From: Bacillota bacterium
GTDB lineage: Bacteria; Bacillota; Sulfobacillia; RBS10-35; JAJYVN01
Direction: 5' to 3'
DNA length: 64,000 bases
NCBI GenBank assembly: GCA_021797775.1
Contig: JAJZZC010000001.1
Location: forward strand, 3,049 to 67,048
This document shows, piece by piece, positions 62,805-64,000 of this stretch. Both the position numbers and the translations under genes were made by a program. Each line of letters starts with the position of its first letter. Position 1 is the first letter of the stretch. The notes under the pieces were generated by a model, which saw only the letters and a program-made list of their open reading frames with translations, had not been told where the DNA came from and did not search any database.

Positions 62805-63371
62805 TTACAGCCTGCCCACGTACTGCCCCGTGCGCGTATCCACCTTGACGCGCTGGCCCTTGTCGATGAACAGTGGAACCTGGACGACAGCCCCGGTGTC
62901 GATGGTCGCTGGTTTGGTCGCGTTGTTCACCGTGTCCCCGCGCACGCCCGGCGCTGTATCGGCGATGGTGGTCTCGATGGTCGTGGGCAGTTCGACGTCG
63001 ACGATGCCGCCCTTGTACGTGGTGACCACAAGCCGCATGCCCTCCTGCAGGAAGCGGCGCTGCTCGCCGATGCTGTCGCCCGCGACGGGAAACTGCTCGT
63101 AGGACTCGGTGTCCATCAGGTTGTACTGCCCGTCCGCCTCGTAGAGGAACTGCATGTCCCTGCGCTCCACGAGGGCGGCCGGCACCTTCTCCGCCGAGCG
63201 GAAGGTTCGCTCGAAGATCGCGCCCGTCTGCAGGTTCTTCAGCCGGGCGCGCACAAAGGCCGGGCCCTTCCCCGGCTTGATGTGCTGGCTCTCCAAAACG
63301 AGAATCGGCGCGCCGTCCAGCTCGACGGTCATCCCCCCGCGCCAATCCGTGGTCGAGGTCATCTCGGCCAT
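62805..63371 (-). CDS. efp: elongation factor P
   Basis: HIKPGKGPAFVR, MDTESYEQ, PGVRGDT, TKPAT, VPLFI. Confidence 0.97.
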   Translation of the reverse strand: MAEMTSTTDWRGGMTVELDGAPILVLESQHIKPGKGPAFVRARLKNLQTGAIFERTFRSAEKVPAALVERRDMQFLYEADGQYNLMDTESYEQFPVAGDSIGEQRRFLQEGMRLVVTTYKGGIVDVELPTTIETTIADTAPGVRGDTVNNATKPATIDTGAVVQVPLFIDKGQRVKVDTRTGQYVGRL

Positions 63372-63470
63372 GTCCTTCTCCCCTTTTGCAGCATGGAAAC
63401 GTCACCGGGCCGCGCGCTCATGCGCCGCCGCGGCCCGCCCAGAGAAAGCGCCCCAAGGTGCCTCTCTCCG

Positions 63471-63938
63471 CTACGTGCGCGCCGCGGCCGCGCCGCCGCC
63501 CAGCAGGGTGGCCAGTCCGCGCAGCGCCAGCAGGTAACCCACCGCGCCGAAGCCGGCGACGCTGCCCCGGCAGACGGGGGCCACCAGGGAGACCTGACGA
63601 AACGGCTCACGCGCGCTAGGTTGAGAGAGGTGCACCTCGACGGCCGGCACCCCGAGCTCACCCACCGCGGCGAGCGCGTCCCGGATGGCGACGCTGGTGT
63701 GGGTGTAGCCCGCGGGGTTGATCACGATCCCCGCGCAGCGGCCCTCAGCGCCCTGGATGGCGTCGACGATGGCGCCCTCGCCGTTGTGCTGGACCGACTC
63801 CACCTCCAGGGCCAGGTCCCGTCCGAGCTGTGCCAAGGCCCTGTCGATTTCGGCCAGCGTCGACCGGCCGTACACGCCCGGCTCGCGACGGCCGAGTAGA
63901 TTCAGGTTCGGCCCGTGGATCACCAGCACCCTGGGCAC
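63471..63938 (-). CDS. aroQ: type II 3-dehydroquinate dehydratase
   Basis: HGPNLNLLGRREPGVYG, NPAGYTHTSVAIRDA, VEVHLS. Confidence 0.97.
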   Translation of the reverse strand: MPRVLVIHGPNLNLLGRREPGVYGRSTLAEIDRALAQLGRDLALEVESVQHNGEGAIVDAIQGAEGRCAGIVINPAGYTHTSVAIRDALAAVGELGVPAVEVHLSQPSAREPFRQVSLVAPVCRGSVAGFGAVGYLLALRGLATLLGGGAAAART

Positions 63939-64000
63939 GAGCGGCTCACCCCGCAGCAGCAGTGGACTTGGCGACGGCCGTTCCGGCCCATCGCCGCGTG

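Overview
Very GC-rich chromosomal segment of a spore-forming Bacillota-like organism. This assignment rests on gpr, ylbJ, an alpha/beta SASP, sigmaG-like promoters and T-box leaders. The right half is mostly housekeeping: rsmD-coaD-hyp, ylbJ, gpr, recJ, T-box aroF-tyrA, T-box ileS, efp and aroQ. The left half is accessory and decaying: an NRAMP transporter with a small partner, PqaA-like, MMPL, an esterase, an orphan RND adaptor, a GT4-GH57 pair, and fragments of an IS3 transposase, pdxA, NHL, HAD and arsB. Four things stand out. (1) A 35-aa signal-peptide-like ORF lies directly upstream of a membrane-sensor HD-GYP-like protein, and the pair interrupts the coaD-ylbJ region; this is a candidate peptide-sensing cyclic-nucleotide signalling module. 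(2) Three dispersed orphan paralogues encode a twin-arginine solute-binding protein fused to a ConA-like beta-sandwich domain. (3) A 127-129 bp MITE family with CCTGA termini and 5-bp target duplications has five full-length copies plus a solo end, and two copies sit at the same site of another repeat. (4) tyrA is frameshifted at a C8 tract. No tRNA, rRNA or CRISPR array was seen. All calls come from reading the sequence by eye, and many start codons are my choice based on RBS and family N-termini.
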